Counted from the first letter of the stretch, positions 38,843 through 51,854 are shown. The stretch: DNA of 64,000 bases from Alphaproteobacteria bacterium (GCA_039808985.1 JBDHUC010000003.1:18523-82522), one strand, 5' to 3'. The notes: a model not told the origin generated them from the sequence alone. Made by a program: numbers and translations.

Positions 38843-39904
38843 TTAATTTTTATTCACTATTGGCGCCGGGGCTGAAAAATAATAACCCTGGAACAAATCC
38901 ACCCCCAGGGCTTTAAGCGCAGCATATGCGTCTTCGGTTTCAACTCCTTCAGCTATTATGGTGCTGCCTGTGGCATGAACTATATCGACAATCCTGGTTA
39001 TTATATTGCGGGTAGAAGTTTCATGCGGTCCGCCCATTGCCTGGCTGTCTATCTTTACAAAATCGGGGCGTATCTCACTTACCAGCTTTTTTGCATTGTC
39101 AACCGTGGTTATATCGTCAAGCGCAATCGAATAGCCCTGCTGCCTTGCATAATCACATACGTTTTTTAAATGCTTCATGTCACGCGCCGTTTCGCAGCGG
39201 GTAAATTCCAGGACGAGATGCTTGGGAATTATCCCGTATATTTTTGCCGCCTCGCTAAGCCCTTCCAGATAAACAGATGGGCGATGTATAAAACCGGGAA
39301 TAAAATTCACAAACAGGAAGCCAGAAGAGTTGCTGCCTGCAAAGGTTTGCACTGTCAGAACCTGAAGATGGCGGTCTATCATATGCTCAATATTAAGAGC
39401 TTTGCTGGCTTTAATAATCTTGCCGCCGCTGATTATGTTACCATCAAGGCCGCGCGCGCGCACAAAAGATTCGAAGCCAAATATTTTATTCTTTTCGCCA
39501 ACTATGGGCTGGAAATAACACATGATCCGGTCGTCGCATAATGCCTCGCCCAACCATAAATTTTCAGCTATTGTCTGGATGGCTATGACTTTTTTGCGCT
39601 CCCCATTTTCCAGAGTCGGCAGGTCGCTATCGGTGGTTATGGAAACATCGGTGGCTTCAGTTAGTTTGGCTTTTTGCAGTATGTCGTAAGTACGCGCCCA
39701 TAATTCAGACCATTTTTGCGGCGTCTGTGCAAGAAGCCTGCCATCGAACCCTTTTTTGTAACCGAGATTTTTCAATTCCTCGGAAATATGAGGAGTTATT
39801 TTTTCCGGGGCAGGAAACAGGCTGAGCCAGTAGCTGTCATGCTGCAGGTAAGGAAGGTTAAAAGATTTCTGTTGTGCCTTAGCCATTTTATCCTGATTTT
39901 CCAA
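38843..39904 (-). CDS. EAL-domain protein (putative c-di-GMP phosphodiesterase or effector) with an uncharacterised ~100-aa N-terminus
   Basis: 'YFQPIV...GFESFVRA', 'VNF', 'IALDD', 'DFVKID', 'IAEGVETE' and 'FQGYYFSAP' follow the EAL-domain motif order. Confidence 0.8.
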   Translation of the reverse strand: MENQDKMAKAQQKSFNLPYLQHDSYWLSLFPAPEKITPHISEELKNLGYKKGFDGRLLAQTPQKWSELWARTYDILQKAKLTEATDVSITTDSDLPTLENGERKKVIAIQTIAENLWLGEALCDDRIMCYFQPIVGEKNKIFGFESFVRARGLDGNIISGGKIIKASKALNIEHMIDRHLQVLTVQTFAGSNSSGFLFVNFIPGFIHRPSVYLEGLSEAAKIYGIIPKHLVLEFTRCETARDMKHLKNVCDYARQQGYSIALDDITTVDNAKKLVSEIRPDFVKIDSQAMGGPHETSTRNIITRIVDIVHATGSTIIAEGVETEDAYAALKALGVDLFQGYYFSAPAPIVNKN

Positions 39905-40027
39905 TGCCAGAACTTGAGAAATAAACTTTATACCAATTTAGTTACTACTTTGTTAATTCCAAACAAATAAACTCAGTATTTCCGATTGTTATAAATTCAT
40001 TAATATTCTTGGCTTATTATTTATTGT

Positions 40028-41002
40028 ATGACATATAGCCCAAAAAGCGGATTCACACTTATTGAATTGTCGATTGTCCTGGTTATTATCGGGCTGGTAA
40101 TCGGCGGCGTATTGGTTGGCAAGGACCTGATAACAGCAGCAGAAACACGAGCGCAGATAGCCCAGATAGAAAAATACCAGACGGCGGTTAAAACATTCCG
40201 GGTTAAATATAATTCACTGCCCGGAGATATTAAAAGCGCTGATGCGGTAGCTTTTGGTTTCGTAAGCCGTGGTACGCTGAGGGGTGAAGGCAATGGCGAT
40301 GGTTTGCTGGAAGATTACTATTTCGGCAATGCGTATGGCTATATGATAGCGAATGGGGAAAATGCGCTTATTTGGCGGGATCTATCTGATGCAAAGATGA
40401 TTGATGGTTCATTTTCCACAGCTACCTATGATTATGCCACATCCTGCGCCACACCTATCAGCGGCACAAGGTTAAAGGCCTTTTACCCGGAAGCTAAATT
40501 AGGCAAGAATAATTATGTTTATGCATGGAGCGGTTCGGCAAGAATCGCCTATGGGCGTAGTGACCGCATGAATTATTTTTCTATTTCCAAGGTAGTAGAT
40601 GCTTGTTTCACGGCCATGGATGTAGGCATGACTCCTAACCAGGCCTATGCTATAGATAAAAAAATAGATGATGGATTTCCGCAATCAGGAAAGGTTCTGG
40701 CTGTATACCCCAATGTCTTCGCAGAGGAAGCAAATGGGATGAATTCGTTCTGGGCTGCCGCTGGAAATTCAGACCCCGGCATGGGGCAGCAAATTGGCGG
40801 CGCCTGTAATGTAGATGATCTTTGCGGCCCGGTTGCCGCCGGTGCTTTAACACCTATAACCGCCGACGCGCAGACCGATTACAATGCCGGAACTATTGAT
40901 TGCTTTGACAACCGCAACGTAGCCAATGCACAGATGCAATACACCACCCAGTTCATGGGCGGCAACAACCAGTCCTGCGCCCTATCCTTCCGCTTCCAAT
41001 AA
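40028..41002 (+). CDS. prepilin-type N-terminal cleavage/methylation domain protein (type IV pilin / T2SS pseudopilin-like)
   Basis: The N-terminus 'KSGFTLIELSIVLVIIGLVIGGVL' is the class III signal with Glu at +5. The C-terminal domain is large, Cys-containing and variable. Confidence 0.8.
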   Translation: MTYSPKSGFTLIELSIVLVIIGLVIGGVLVGKDLITAAETRAQIAQIEKYQTAVKTFRVKYNSLPGDIKSADAVAFGFVSRGTLRGEGNGDGLLEDYYFGNAYGYMIANGENALIWRDLSDAKMIDGSFSTATYDYATSCATPISGTRLKAFYPEAKLGKNNYVYAWSGSARIAYGRSDRMNYFSISKVVDACFTAMDVGMTPNQAYAIDKKIDDGFPQSGKVLAVYPNVFAEEANGMNSFWAAAGNSDPGMGQQIGGACNVDDLCGPVAAGALTPITADAQTDYNAGTIDCFDNRNVANAQMQYTTQFMGGNNQSCALSFRFQ

Positions 41003-41041
41003 CTAGCTTGTAGCATCGGCAGTACGCGCCTATAGTGGGGC

Positions 41042-41806
41042 ATGCTTTCAAATATATTAATTACACAACTTTTTGCATTCATGCTGGTATTTTGCCGGCT
41101 TGGTTCGGCTATTATGCTGCTTCCGGGCTTTGGTGAATCGTATGTTCCAGCGAGGGTAAGGCTTTTACTGGCAGCAATGTTCAGCGTGCTGCTTACGCCG
41201 GTTATCCAGAATTTACCGCCCATGCCTAGCAATGTTATAAACCTGTTCAATATAATGTTTGCTGAAATAATGGTGGGGTTATTTTTAGGTGGCCTCAGCA
41301 GGATGCTCATAGCGGTAGTTAATATAGCCGGCATGATAATAGCCTATCAGTCCAGCCTTGCATCAGCTGTAACACAGGACCTTACATTATCGCAGGCGCA
41401 AGGCACTTCGCTGGGTAACCTGCTTGGCATGAGTGCCCTGGTACTGTTGTTCGCAACCGATCTGCACCATCTTATGCTGCGCGGGCTGGCTGACAGCTAT
41501 GGGCTTTTCCTTCCTGGCCAGTTCCCACCAATTGATGATTTCACCAACCACGCCATACATACCATGAGCAGCGTTTTCCAGATGGCGATGAAGATGTCGG
41601 CACCGCACATCGTTATCGGCCTAATCATATATCTGGCTGCCGGTATAATTGCCCGCCTTATGCCTAATATACAGATTTTCTTCCTGCTCATGGCGCCGCA
41701 ACTGCTTATAAGCTTTTTTATTTTAATGATATGTTCCGGCGCGCTGATGTTATGGTATATGGATTATATAAAGGACTCCCTGGGTGTATTTCTTAGCCCG
41801 CATTAA
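41042..41806 (+). CDS. fliR: flagellar type III export apparatus protein FliR
   Basis: 254-aa polytopic protein with 'FAFMLVFCRLGSAIMLLPGFGE'. It is adjacent to flhB. Confidence 0.88.
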   Translation: MLSNILITQLFAFMLVFCRLGSAIMLLPGFGESYVPARVRLLLAAMFSVLLTPVIQNLPPMPSNVINLFNIMFAEIMVGLFLGGLSRMLIAVVNIAGMIIAYQSSLASAVTQDLTLSQAQGTSLGNLLGMSALVLLFATDLHHLMLRGLADSYGLFLPGQFPPIDDFTNHAIHTMSSVFQMAMKMSAPHIVIGLIIYLAAGIIARLMPNIQIFFLLMAPQLLISFFILMICSGALMLWYMDYIKDSLGVFLSPH

Positions 41807-41826
41807 ATATGCAGACAGGTATTTAA

Positions 41827-42894
41827 ATGGCTGATGAAGACAAGGAAAGCAAAACCGAGCAGCCGTCACAAAAACGGCTTGATGAAGCGCGGGAAAAAGG
41901 GAACCTTGCAAATTCCAAGGAACTCGGAAATTTCTTCATGCTGCTGGTTCTGGCAGTTACTATCGCGGTTTTCATGCCGCAGATCATGAAGCATACGGAA
42001 ACCCTGCTCACCCCATTTTTAAGCGATACAGAAAATTTCTCAGCCGACCGTAAAGGCATAAGCCTTATATTTTACAAGCTGGCATTTGGCAGCTTTGGCA
42101 TAATACTTATGCCACTGCTGGCATCGGTTGTTTCTGCCATAGCAACCGGGTTTTTGCAGCATGGGTTTGTGCTGAGCGCCGAACCGATAATGCCAAAGCT
42201 TAATAAAATATCGCCAATAGCCGGGCTTGGAAGAATATTCTCAATACGCTCGCTGGTCGATTTTGCAAAAAACATCATAAAAGTGATAGTGGTTGGTATA
42301 GTCGCATTTTTATCCATATACCCGGAGCTTAAGCATATACGCCTGCTTCCCAACAAAAGCACACAGGACATGCTGCTGTTCTTATGGATGCTGGCGCAGC
42401 GCATGACCATAGGGGTGGTGATAGCCATGTTCTTCATCGCCCTGTTCGACGTCATATTCCAGCGTTTCCAACACATTAAATCGCTCAGGATGAGCAAGCA
42501 GGAACTAAAAGATGAATATAAGCAGTCAGAAGGCGACCCGATGGTTAAGCAGCGTCTAAGGCGGTTACGCATGGAGCGCGCCCAGAACCGCATGATGGCG
42601 GCAGTGCCCAAGGCTGATGTGGTAATTACCAACCCAACCCATTTTGCGGTAGCTTTGCAATATGACAGCAAAAGCATGGCCGCACCAACGGTGGTTGCCA
42701 AGGGACAGGATCTGGTGGCGCTTAAAATACGTGAAATTGCAGAAGATAATGATGTGCCTGTCGTAGAGAACCCTCCGCTTGCCAGGGCATTATTTTCATC
42801 AACTGAAATTGAAAAAGAAATTCCGGTTGCCCATTATGAAGCTGTTGCAAAAATCATTTCATATGTTTATCAGCTTAAAGGAAGAAAGAATTAA
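41827..42894 (+). CDS. flhB: flagellar type III export apparatus protein FlhB
   Basis: 355 aa with 'KTEQPSQKRLDEAREKGNLANSKEL' at the N-terminus, the 'NPTH' autocleavage site and 'VPVVENPPLARAL'. Confidence 0.93.
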   Translation: MADEDKESKTEQPSQKRLDEAREKGNLANSKELGNFFMLLVLAVTIAVFMPQIMKHTETLLTPFLSDTENFSADRKGISLIFYKLAFGSFGIILMPLLASVVSAIATGFLQHGFVLSAEPIMPKLNKISPIAGLGRIFSIRSLVDFAKNIIKVIVVGIVAFLSIYPELKHIRLLPNKSTQDMLLFLWMLAQRMTIGVVIAMFFIALFDVIFQRFQHIKSLRMSKQELKDEYKQSEGDPMVKQRLRRLRMERAQNRMMAAVPKADVVITNPTHFAVALQYDSKSMAAPTVVAKGQDLVALKIREIAEDNDVPVVENPPLARALFSSTEIEKEIPVAHYEAVAKIISYVYQLKGRKN

Positions 42895-42964
42895 AAACAT
42901 GTTGTTATTTTTTAATATGTTTATAATATTTGCTGATAAAATATTATTAAGGTGATGATTCTAT

Positions 42965-44014
42965 ATGCCTATACGTTTTACTGATAAGTTAGCATCAGGC
43001 AATGGCATTCCGGTTGTCGATAATAATCAGGATTTTGTTGTAAGGAAACGCCGCCCTTTGTGGCAGACACTTGGGCTTATGTTTGCAGCATTATTCCCTA
43101 TAACTGTCGGCATAAGCCTGCTTGTTACAGATACGCTGGTTTTCAGCCAGGTATTGTTCGTATTGCTCACATCACTTGGAACTTATGTTGTTTATACCGT
43201 ACAGCGCTGCCGCGACCTGGTTTTAGCAACAGAATTCCAGAATGCTTTATTTTCCTCGGCGCTTGGCCATAGCAATAAATTTTGCATTATAATAAAAAAT
43301 GACAGCACAGTGGCCTATATCGACAGGTCGTTGCAGGAGCTGCTGCCTAATTTTTATAAGCAACCCCGCCATGCAATAGATGTTCTGCTTGAGCAGGGAC
43401 AAGTATCAAAAGAAGAGCGCAAACAGGTTTTTGAAGCCATTGAAAGGCGTGTTCGCGGCAAGGTTATATTCGATATTATTGACCATAAAAAACAAACCCA
43501 CCGCATAATGATGACTATCGAGCCGATCCAAAGGCCAAAAGGCTTCATGCTGCTGCGGGGACGCGAATTCGTAGAAAAACGGGTACTGGGCCCTCAGCTT
43601 CCCGAAAACAGCAAAACGCCATTATTCAACGAAACCAATATTGGCCTCTATTCCTATATTATGGACAGCATGGATATAGGCTCATATATAATCGACCTTT
43701 TTGGTAATATAACCTACGCCAACCTCACTCTTGAGCAATGGCTTGATTTTGACGAGGGAGAAATTATTGACCGTGGGCTTACGCTTAAGGATATTATTTC
43801 CGAAAAGGGACTGGACGTACATATTGACGATCTTAAGAACTTTGACGGCGAGGCAACTCTCATGCGCAAAATAGGAGGATCTTTCAAGGTAAGTATAGAT
43901 CAGAAAGCCATGTATGATGAACAGGGCGTGATAATTGGCTATTGCGCGCTTTTAAAACAGCTTAAAGATCAGGCCGCAAACGAAATTTCTGAAAAAATTA
44001 AAGACCTCTGGTAA
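42965..44014 (+). CDS. membrane-anchored PAS-domain protein resembling the N-terminal sensor half of CckA
   Basis: Two TM helices (about aa 33-80) are followed by two PAS-like segments. There is no kinase core. The ORF ends 10 nt before the kinase ORF, which is in a different frame. Confidence 0.6.
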   Translation: MPIRFTDKLASGNGIPVVDNNQDFVVRKRRPLWQTLGLMFAALFPITVGISLLVTDTLVFSQVLFVLLTSLGTYVVYTVQRCRDLVLATEFQNALFSSALGHSNKFCIIIKNDSTVAYIDRSLQELLPNFYKQPRHAIDVLLEQGQVSKEERKQVFEAIERRVRGKVIFDIIDHKKQTHRIMMTIEPIQRPKGFMLLRGREFVEKRVLGPQLPENSKTPLFNETNIGLYSYIMDSMDIGSYIIDLFGNITYANLTLEQWLDFDEGEIIDRGLTLKDIISEKGLDVHIDDLKNFDGEATLMRKIGGSFKVSIDQKAMYDEQGVIIGYCALLKQLKDQAANEISEKIKDLW

Positions 44015-44024
44015 ATTACGAATT

Positions 44025-45566
44025 ATGAATAATGATTTTAAAGTTTATGTTGACCTGTCACCTATCGCAATTATCAACCTTGACGAACATGGCAATATAA
44101 TTCATGGCAACCCTGCATTCCATATCCTGACCGGGCAGGCACTGGCAGAACGCCTGCCAACACCATTCCTAAATCTGATAGCTGAAGATAAAAGGGCTGA
44201 AGCAGACGCTATAATTAAAAAGGTTTTTGCTGATACCATCCCTTCTGAAACCCAGATATTTTCCCTTATACTGCCAAATAACAATGAAATAATAGTTTCC
44301 GCTTATTTCAGTATTATAGACGAAAAGAAGATATTAATGATGCACCTCATTAATGTCACCGAACAAAAGAACCTGGAAACACGCTTCGCCCATTCCCAGA
44401 AAATGCAGGCGGTGGGACAGCTTGCTGGCGGCGTTGCCCATGACTTTAACAACCTGCTTACCGCGATGATCGGATTTTGCGACCTGCTGCTGATGCGCCA
44501 CCCGGCTGGCGACCAGTCATTTGCCGACATCATGCAGGTAAAACAGAATGCCAACCGCGCTGCCAACCTCGTGCGCCAGCTCCTGGCCTTCTCCCGCCGC
44601 CAGACACTCCAGCCTAAAATACTCGACTTAACCGATGTGCTGGCCGACCTTGCCAATCTTATACGCAGGCTTATAGGCGAAAATATCGAACTTAAGATGA
44701 CGCATGGGCGCGATATAGGCCATGTACGCGCCGACCAGGGACAACTAGAGCAGGTAATCATCAACCTGGCGGTGAATGCACGCGACGCAATGCAGGGCGG
44801 CGGCACTCTTACCATCCGCACCAGCAAATATTCCATAAACCGAAATCATCCCCTGCCTAAAGATTTAATGGCGCCAGCCGAGGAAGACGCCAATATAGCC
44901 GATGGCGATTATGTGCTGGTAGAAGTTATAGACACTGGTTGCGGCATACCAAAAACCATACTCCAGAAAATTTTTGAGCCATTCTTCTCAACTAAGGAAG
45001 TTGGCTCCGGCACCGGGCTGGGCTTATCAACGGTATTTGGTATCATAAAGCAAACCGGGGGCTATATTTACGTAGCCAGCAAGGAAAACGAAGGCACTAA
45101 TTTCAGCCTGTTCTTCCCTAGCGTACAACAACATGAAGTGGCGGCAGCAGCAGCCACTGAAACAGCAGCTACCGAAAAATCAGAAAATGTCGATCTGACC
45201 GGAAAAGGCACGATCCTGCTGGTTGAGGATGAAACTCCGGTGCGTATTTTCGCAGGGCGCGCACTGCGCAACAAAGGCTATACGGTCCTGGAAGCTGACT
45301 GCGCCGAAACTGCCATCGAGCTTATGCAGCAGCATGGCGGCGAGGTTGAGGTTATTGTAACCGATGTTATAATGCCGGGAATGACCGGGCCAACCATGAT
45401 AGACCAGCTTATCCCGCAATATCCGAATGTGAAAGTAATATTCATTTCCGGTTATGCCGAGGATGTGTTCGTTAATAACTATGGCTCGGAACGCAGCTTC
45501 AATTTCCTTGCAAAACCTTTCACACTCAAGCAGTTAGCCAGCAAGATAAAAGAAGTAACCGGTTAA
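44025..45566 (+). CDS. cckA: hybrid sensor histidine kinase/response regulator, CckA-like (PAS-DHp-CA-REC)
   Basis: 'QAVGQLAGGVAHDFNNLLTAMIGFCDLLL' is a CckA-type H-box. 'NLAVNARDAM', 'DTGCGI' and 'GTGLGLS' are present, and the C-terminal receiver has 'ILLVEDE...VTDVIMPGMTG'. Confidence 0.75.
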   Translation: MNNDFKVYVDLSPIAIINLDEHGNIIHGNPAFHILTGQALAERLPTPFLNLIAEDKRAEADAIIKKVFADTIPSETQIFSLILPNNNEIIVSAYFSIIDEKKILMMHLINVTEQKNLETRFAHSQKMQAVGQLAGGVAHDFNNLLTAMIGFCDLLLMRHPAGDQSFADIMQVKQNANRAANLVRQLLAFSRRQTLQPKILDLTDVLADLANLIRRLIGENIELKMTHGRDIGHVRADQGQLEQVIINLAVNARDAMQGGGTLTIRTSKYSINRNHPLPKDLMAPAEEDANIADGDYVLVEVIDTGCGIPKTILQKIFEPFFSTKEVGSGTGLGLSTVFGIIKQTGGYIYVASKENEGTNFSLFFPSVQQHEVAAAAATETAATEKSENVDLTGKGTILLVEDETPVRIFAGRALRNKGYTVLEADCAETAIELMQQHGGEVEVIVTDVIMPGMTGPTMIDQLIPQYPNVKVIFISGYAEDVFVNNYGSERSFNFLAKPFTLKQLASKIKEVTG

Positions 45567-45612
45567 ATCATTTTCATTTAGAGCATTTTCCATTTAATCG
45601 TGCGTGTTGTTA

Positions 45613-45765
45613 GCATGGCAATTGCATTTGATATTTTCTCCAGCTTGTCATGCCGCCGTATGGCGGCATCCGGCATTAAAAAACTCAATAGTCCTGAGAT
45701 CCTGCGCAATGATTACGCATTCGCAGGACGACACATCCAGCAAAAGCCAAATGCAATTGCCATGC
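45613..45765. mobile_element. MITE-like element (153 bp) with perfect 18-bp terminal inverted repeats
   Basis: gcatggcaattgcatttg at 45613-45630 matches the reverse complement of caaatgcaattgccatgc at 45748-45765. The interior carries the gtcatgccgccgtatggcggcat hairpin and the cctgagatcctgcgcaatg...gcattcgcagg hairpin seen at 23134-23320. Confidence 0.7.
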
Positions 45766-45836
45766 AGCCTGCATTGACTGGTGACAGGTTTATGCTATAC
45801 TCCCCGTTTGCCTTTTAACATACCGGAAATCATTAA

Positions 45837-48689
<2,853 letters not shown>

Positions 48690-48741
48690 CAGATCAAATT
48701 ATAATGTTTGCAAGCAATAATATTTCGGAGCACGTTTCCCT

Positions 48742-48767
48742 AATTCCCCGCCTCTGCGGGGATGACA
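48742..48767. repeat. GC-rich hairpin repeat (tccccgc-ctct-gcgggga followed by tgaca)
   Basis: The 7-bp stem spans 48745-48762. It is the same type as the hairpins at 23210-23227 and 23329-23347. Read on the minus strand it encodes the '...VIPAEAGN' peptide signature typical of small REP-like repeats in intracellular bacteria. Confidence 0.5.
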
Positions 48768-48778
48768 GAAAATAATGT

Positions 48779-49600
48779 ATGCAATGGGCTGATGCAGCGA
48801 TAATACTTTCTGCCCGTAAACACGGAGAGAGCAGCGCGGTGGTGCGTGTATTGGCACGTGAGCACGGTGTTTTTGCAGGTGTTGTGCGCAGCGCGAATTC
48901 CAAGAATAACCGTGGGATTATACAAGCCGGAAACGTGGTAAGCGCAAACTGGCAGGCGCGGCTTTCGCATCAGCTTGGAAATTTTAAAATCGAACTGCTG
49001 GAAGCCCATGCGGCCCATATCATGCAGGACAGTGCCAGGCTTGCAGCCCTTACTTCGGCCTGCGCGACAGTAGAAGCCGCGCTTGCCGAGCGTCACCCCT
49101 ACCCTAAAATTTTTGCCGCATTACATGAGCTGTTGCACAGCCTTACCGCTATTTCCCCAACCCATGACTGGGAGAATGATTATATAAAATTCGAACTCTC
49201 CCTACTTGCCGAAAGCGGATATGGGCTTGATTTAAGCGAGTGCGCAGGTGATGGGGTTACTGATAGCCTTATCTATGTTTCTCCTAAATCAGGGCGAGCA
49301 GTCTGCAGCGATTGCGGAGAGCCTTATAAGGATAAGTTGTTGCCGCTTCCGGGGTTTTTATTGCCAAATACTCTCCCCCTACCTAACCATCCCCCGCAAG
49401 CTGGAGAGGGAATGAATAAGTCCCCTCTCCCCAAAGGAGAGAGGGGAAAAGAGAAATATAAAGAAATCCTTGCGGGAATGGAGCTTACGGGCTATTTTCT
49501 GGAAAATTCGCTGCTCGCGCCGCACGGAAAAAAAATGCCGTCTGCGCGTTTGCGGCTGCAAAATATATTAAAGGAACTTAATGCCACCGAAACAGTCTAG
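48779..49600 (+). CDS. recO: DNA repair protein RecO (with an in-frame ~30-aa insert)
   Basis: The OB-fold N-terminus reads '[36 protein letters not shown]'. A 'CSDCG' zinc motif and the C-terminal 'LTGYFL' are present. Confidence 0.88.
   Translation: MQWADAAIILSARKHGESSAVVRVLAREHGVFAGVVRSANSKNNRGIIQAGNVVSANWQARLSHQLGNFKIELLEAHAAHIMQDSARLAALTSACATVEAALAERHPYPKIFAALHELLHSLTAISPTHDWENDYIKFELSLLAESGYGLDLSECAGDGVTDSLIYVSPKSGRAVCSDCGEPYKDKLLPLPGFLLPNTLPLPNHPPQAGEGMNKSPLPKGERGKEKYKEILAGMELTGYFLENSLLAPHGKKMPSARLRLQNILKELNATETV
49365..49460. repeat. Palindromic repeat element embedded in-frame in recO
   Basis: ggagaggg (49403-49410), cccctctcc (49422-49430) and ggagagagggg (49436-49446) form alternative hairpins. 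The element encodes '[25 protein letters not shown]'. Confidence 0.6.
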
Positions 49601-51806
49601 CCCGGAACAGATAAATACAATCTCTTTCCGCACCACGCTTGAGGAAAAATACCTGGCATACGCGCTTTCAACCATTACTGCGCGATCGCTTCCTGACGTG
49701 CGTGACGGTTTGAAACCTGTACACCGCCGCCTGCTTTACGCGATGCTGCAATTAAAGCTAGACCCTAAATCGGGATATAAAAAATGCGCGCGTGTCGTGG
49801 GTGACGTTATCGGTAAATACCACCCGCACGGCGACAGCGCGGTTTACGAGGCTATGGTGCGCCTGGCGCAGGATTTCGCAGTGCGCTACCCTTTAGTTGA
49901 CGGCCAGGGAAATTTCGGCTCGGTGGATGGCGATAACGCGGCGGCAATGCGTTATACCGAGGCCAAGCTTACCGATGTAGCAATGGCACTGCTCGAAGGC
50001 ATTGATGAAAATACTGTTGATTTCCGTCCCACCTATGACGGGCAGGATGATGAGCCGGTAGTAATGCCTGCCGCCTTCCCCAACCTGCTTGCTAACGGCT
50101 CGGAAGGTATCGCGGTGGGTATGGCGACCTCGATTCCGCCGCATAATGTTGGCGAGCTGTGCAGCGCCATGCAATATATACTCAAACATCCCGATTGCAG
50201 CGTTGCAAGGCTGGTTAAATTTGTGGTTGGCCCGGATTTCCCAACCGGCGGTGTTATAGTCGAGTCAGAAGAAAATATCCTGGCGGCTTATGAAACCGGG
50301 CGCGGGGCGATACGTATGCGTGCCAAATGGCATAAGGAGGAACTGAGCCATGGATTGTTCCAGGTAATCATCACCGAGATCCCATACCAGATACAGAAAT
50401 CACGCCTTATAGAACGCATCGCCGAGCTGTTCAAAAATAAAAAACTGCCGCTTCTTGGCAATATACTTGACGAATCGGCAGAAGAAATCCGTATTGTCCT
50501 CGAGCCGAAGAACCGCAGCGTTGACCCGGAAATGCTTATGGAATCATTGTTCAAGGCTACTGACCTTGAAGCGCGTTTCAACATGAACCTGAATGTGCTG
50601 GATGCAACCGGCGCGCCGATGGTGATGAACCTTAAAGAAATACTGGTAGCGTTCCTTGAACACAGGATGGATGTATTGGTGCGGCGCACCAACTGGCGCC
50701 TCGATAAAATCGCACATCGCCTTGAAGTGCTGGGTGGCTTGCTTATCGCTTACCTGAACCTCGACGAAGTTATCCGCATCATCCGCACCGAGGATGAGCC
50801 AAAACCTATTATGGTCAAGAAATGGAAGCTTACCGATATACAGGTGGAGGCCATCTTAAATACCCGCCTGCGCTCACTTCGCAAGCTCGAAGAAATGGAA
50901 ATAAAGCGCGAACATAGCGAACTTCTCAAAGAGCAGAAAGAGCTTAAGGCATTGCTTGCTTCAGAGGATATGCGCAAGGAACGCATAGGCGAGGAAATCG
51001 GGGAAATCAAAAAACGCTTCGGGGAAAAAACCCAGCTTGGCAAAAGACGTACTGATTTTGCCGAAGCTCCGGTTGGAAAAATCATTGATATTGAAGCTTT
51101 CGTGGAAAAAGAGCCGATTACCATTTTATGCTCGAAGATGGGCTGGCTGCGCGCCATGAAAGGCCACCTGCTCGATGTTTCAGACATGAAGCATAAAGAG
51201 GGCGACGAAGAAAAATTCGCACTCCACGCGCAGACCACCGATAAGCTTTTAATATTCGCGTCTAACGGGCGTTTTTACACACTGCCTTGCGATAAGATAC
51301 CACGCGGCAAAGGTTTTGGGGAGCCTGTGCGCCTGATGATCGACATGGAAAACGATGTCGATATAACGGCAATGAGAATTTTTGCGCCGGAAGAAAAGCT
51401 GCTGGTCGCGGCAAGCAACGGCAAGGGATTTATTGTCGATGCCGCCGATGTGGAAGCACAGACCCGCAATGGCAAGCAGATACTAAATGTGGTGGAAGGC
51501 TCCCGCGCCATGCTCTGTGTGCCTGTAGAAGGGAATCATGTGGCGGTTATCGGCGAAAACCGCAAGCTTCTTATCTTCCCGCTGTCGCAGATACCGGTTA
51601 TGAAAAAGGGCCAGGGTGTTACCTTGCAGAAATATAAGGAAGGCGAGCTTTCCGATGTTAAATGCTTTAATTTAAAAGAAGGATTAAGCTGGCAGCTTGG
51701 CGAAAAAACCCGCACCGAAACCGACCTCAAGCCGTGGCTTGGTAATCGCGCCGATGCAGGACGCCTGCCGCCTACCGGATTTCCAAGAACGAATAAATTT
51801 TCTTAA
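49581..51806 (+). CDS. parC: DNA topoisomerase IV subunit A
   Basis: 741 aa with '[21 protein letters not shown]', '[19 protein letters not shown]' and the catalytic 'AAMRYTE'. The size is that of alphaproteobacterial ParC and there is no GyrA box. Confidence 0.9.
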   Translation: MPPKQSSPEQINTISFRTTLEEKYLAYALSTITARSLPDVRDGLKPVHRRLLYAMLQLKLDPKSGYKKCARVVGDVIGKYHPHGDSAVYEAMVRLAQDFAVRYPLVDGQGNFGSVDGDNAAAMRYTEAKLTDVAMALLEGIDENTVDFRPTYDGQDDEPVVMPAAFPNLLANGSEGIAVGMATSIPPHNVGELCSAMQYILKHPDCSVARLVKFVVGPDFPTGGVIVESEENILAAYETGRGAIRMRAKWHKEELSHGLFQVIITEIPYQIQKSRLIERIAELFKNKKLPLLGNILDESAEEIRIVLEPKNRSVDPEMLMESLFKATDLEARFNMNLNVLDATGAPMVMNLKEILVAFLEHRMDVLVRRTNWRLDKIAHRLEVLGGLLIAYLNLDEVIRIIRTEDEPKPIMVKKWKLTDIQVEAILNTRLRSLRKLEEMEIKREHSELLKEQKELKALLASEDMRKERIGEEIGEIKKRFGEKTQLGKRRTDFAEAPVGKIIDIEAFVEKEPITILCSKMGWLRAMKGHLLDVSDMKHKEGDEEKFALHAQTTDKLLIFASNGRFYTLPCDKIPRGKGFGEPVRLMIDMENDVDITAMRIFAPEEKLLVAASNGKGFIVDAADVEAQTRNGKQILNVVEGSRAMLCVPVEGNHVAVIGENRKLLIFPLSQIPVMKKGQGVTLQKYKEGELSDVKCFNLKEGLSWQLGEKTRTETDLKPWLGNRADAGRLPPTGFPRTNKFS

Positions 51807-51854
51807 AGTTGTGGAATATTGCGTAAATAGCATTTAGCTTTAATTTTCTATTAT

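Noticed and set aside
38843-39904. The EAL protein as a degenerate (non-catalytic) c-di-GMP receptor linked to the adhesin locus (LapD-like)
   Set aside because: Most catalytic positions (E of the EAL-equivalent 'ESF', N, DD, K, EGVE, Q) appear to be present. There are no GGDEF or HAMP domains, and the gene lies 17 kb from the adhesin operon, so a LapD-like role is unsupported.
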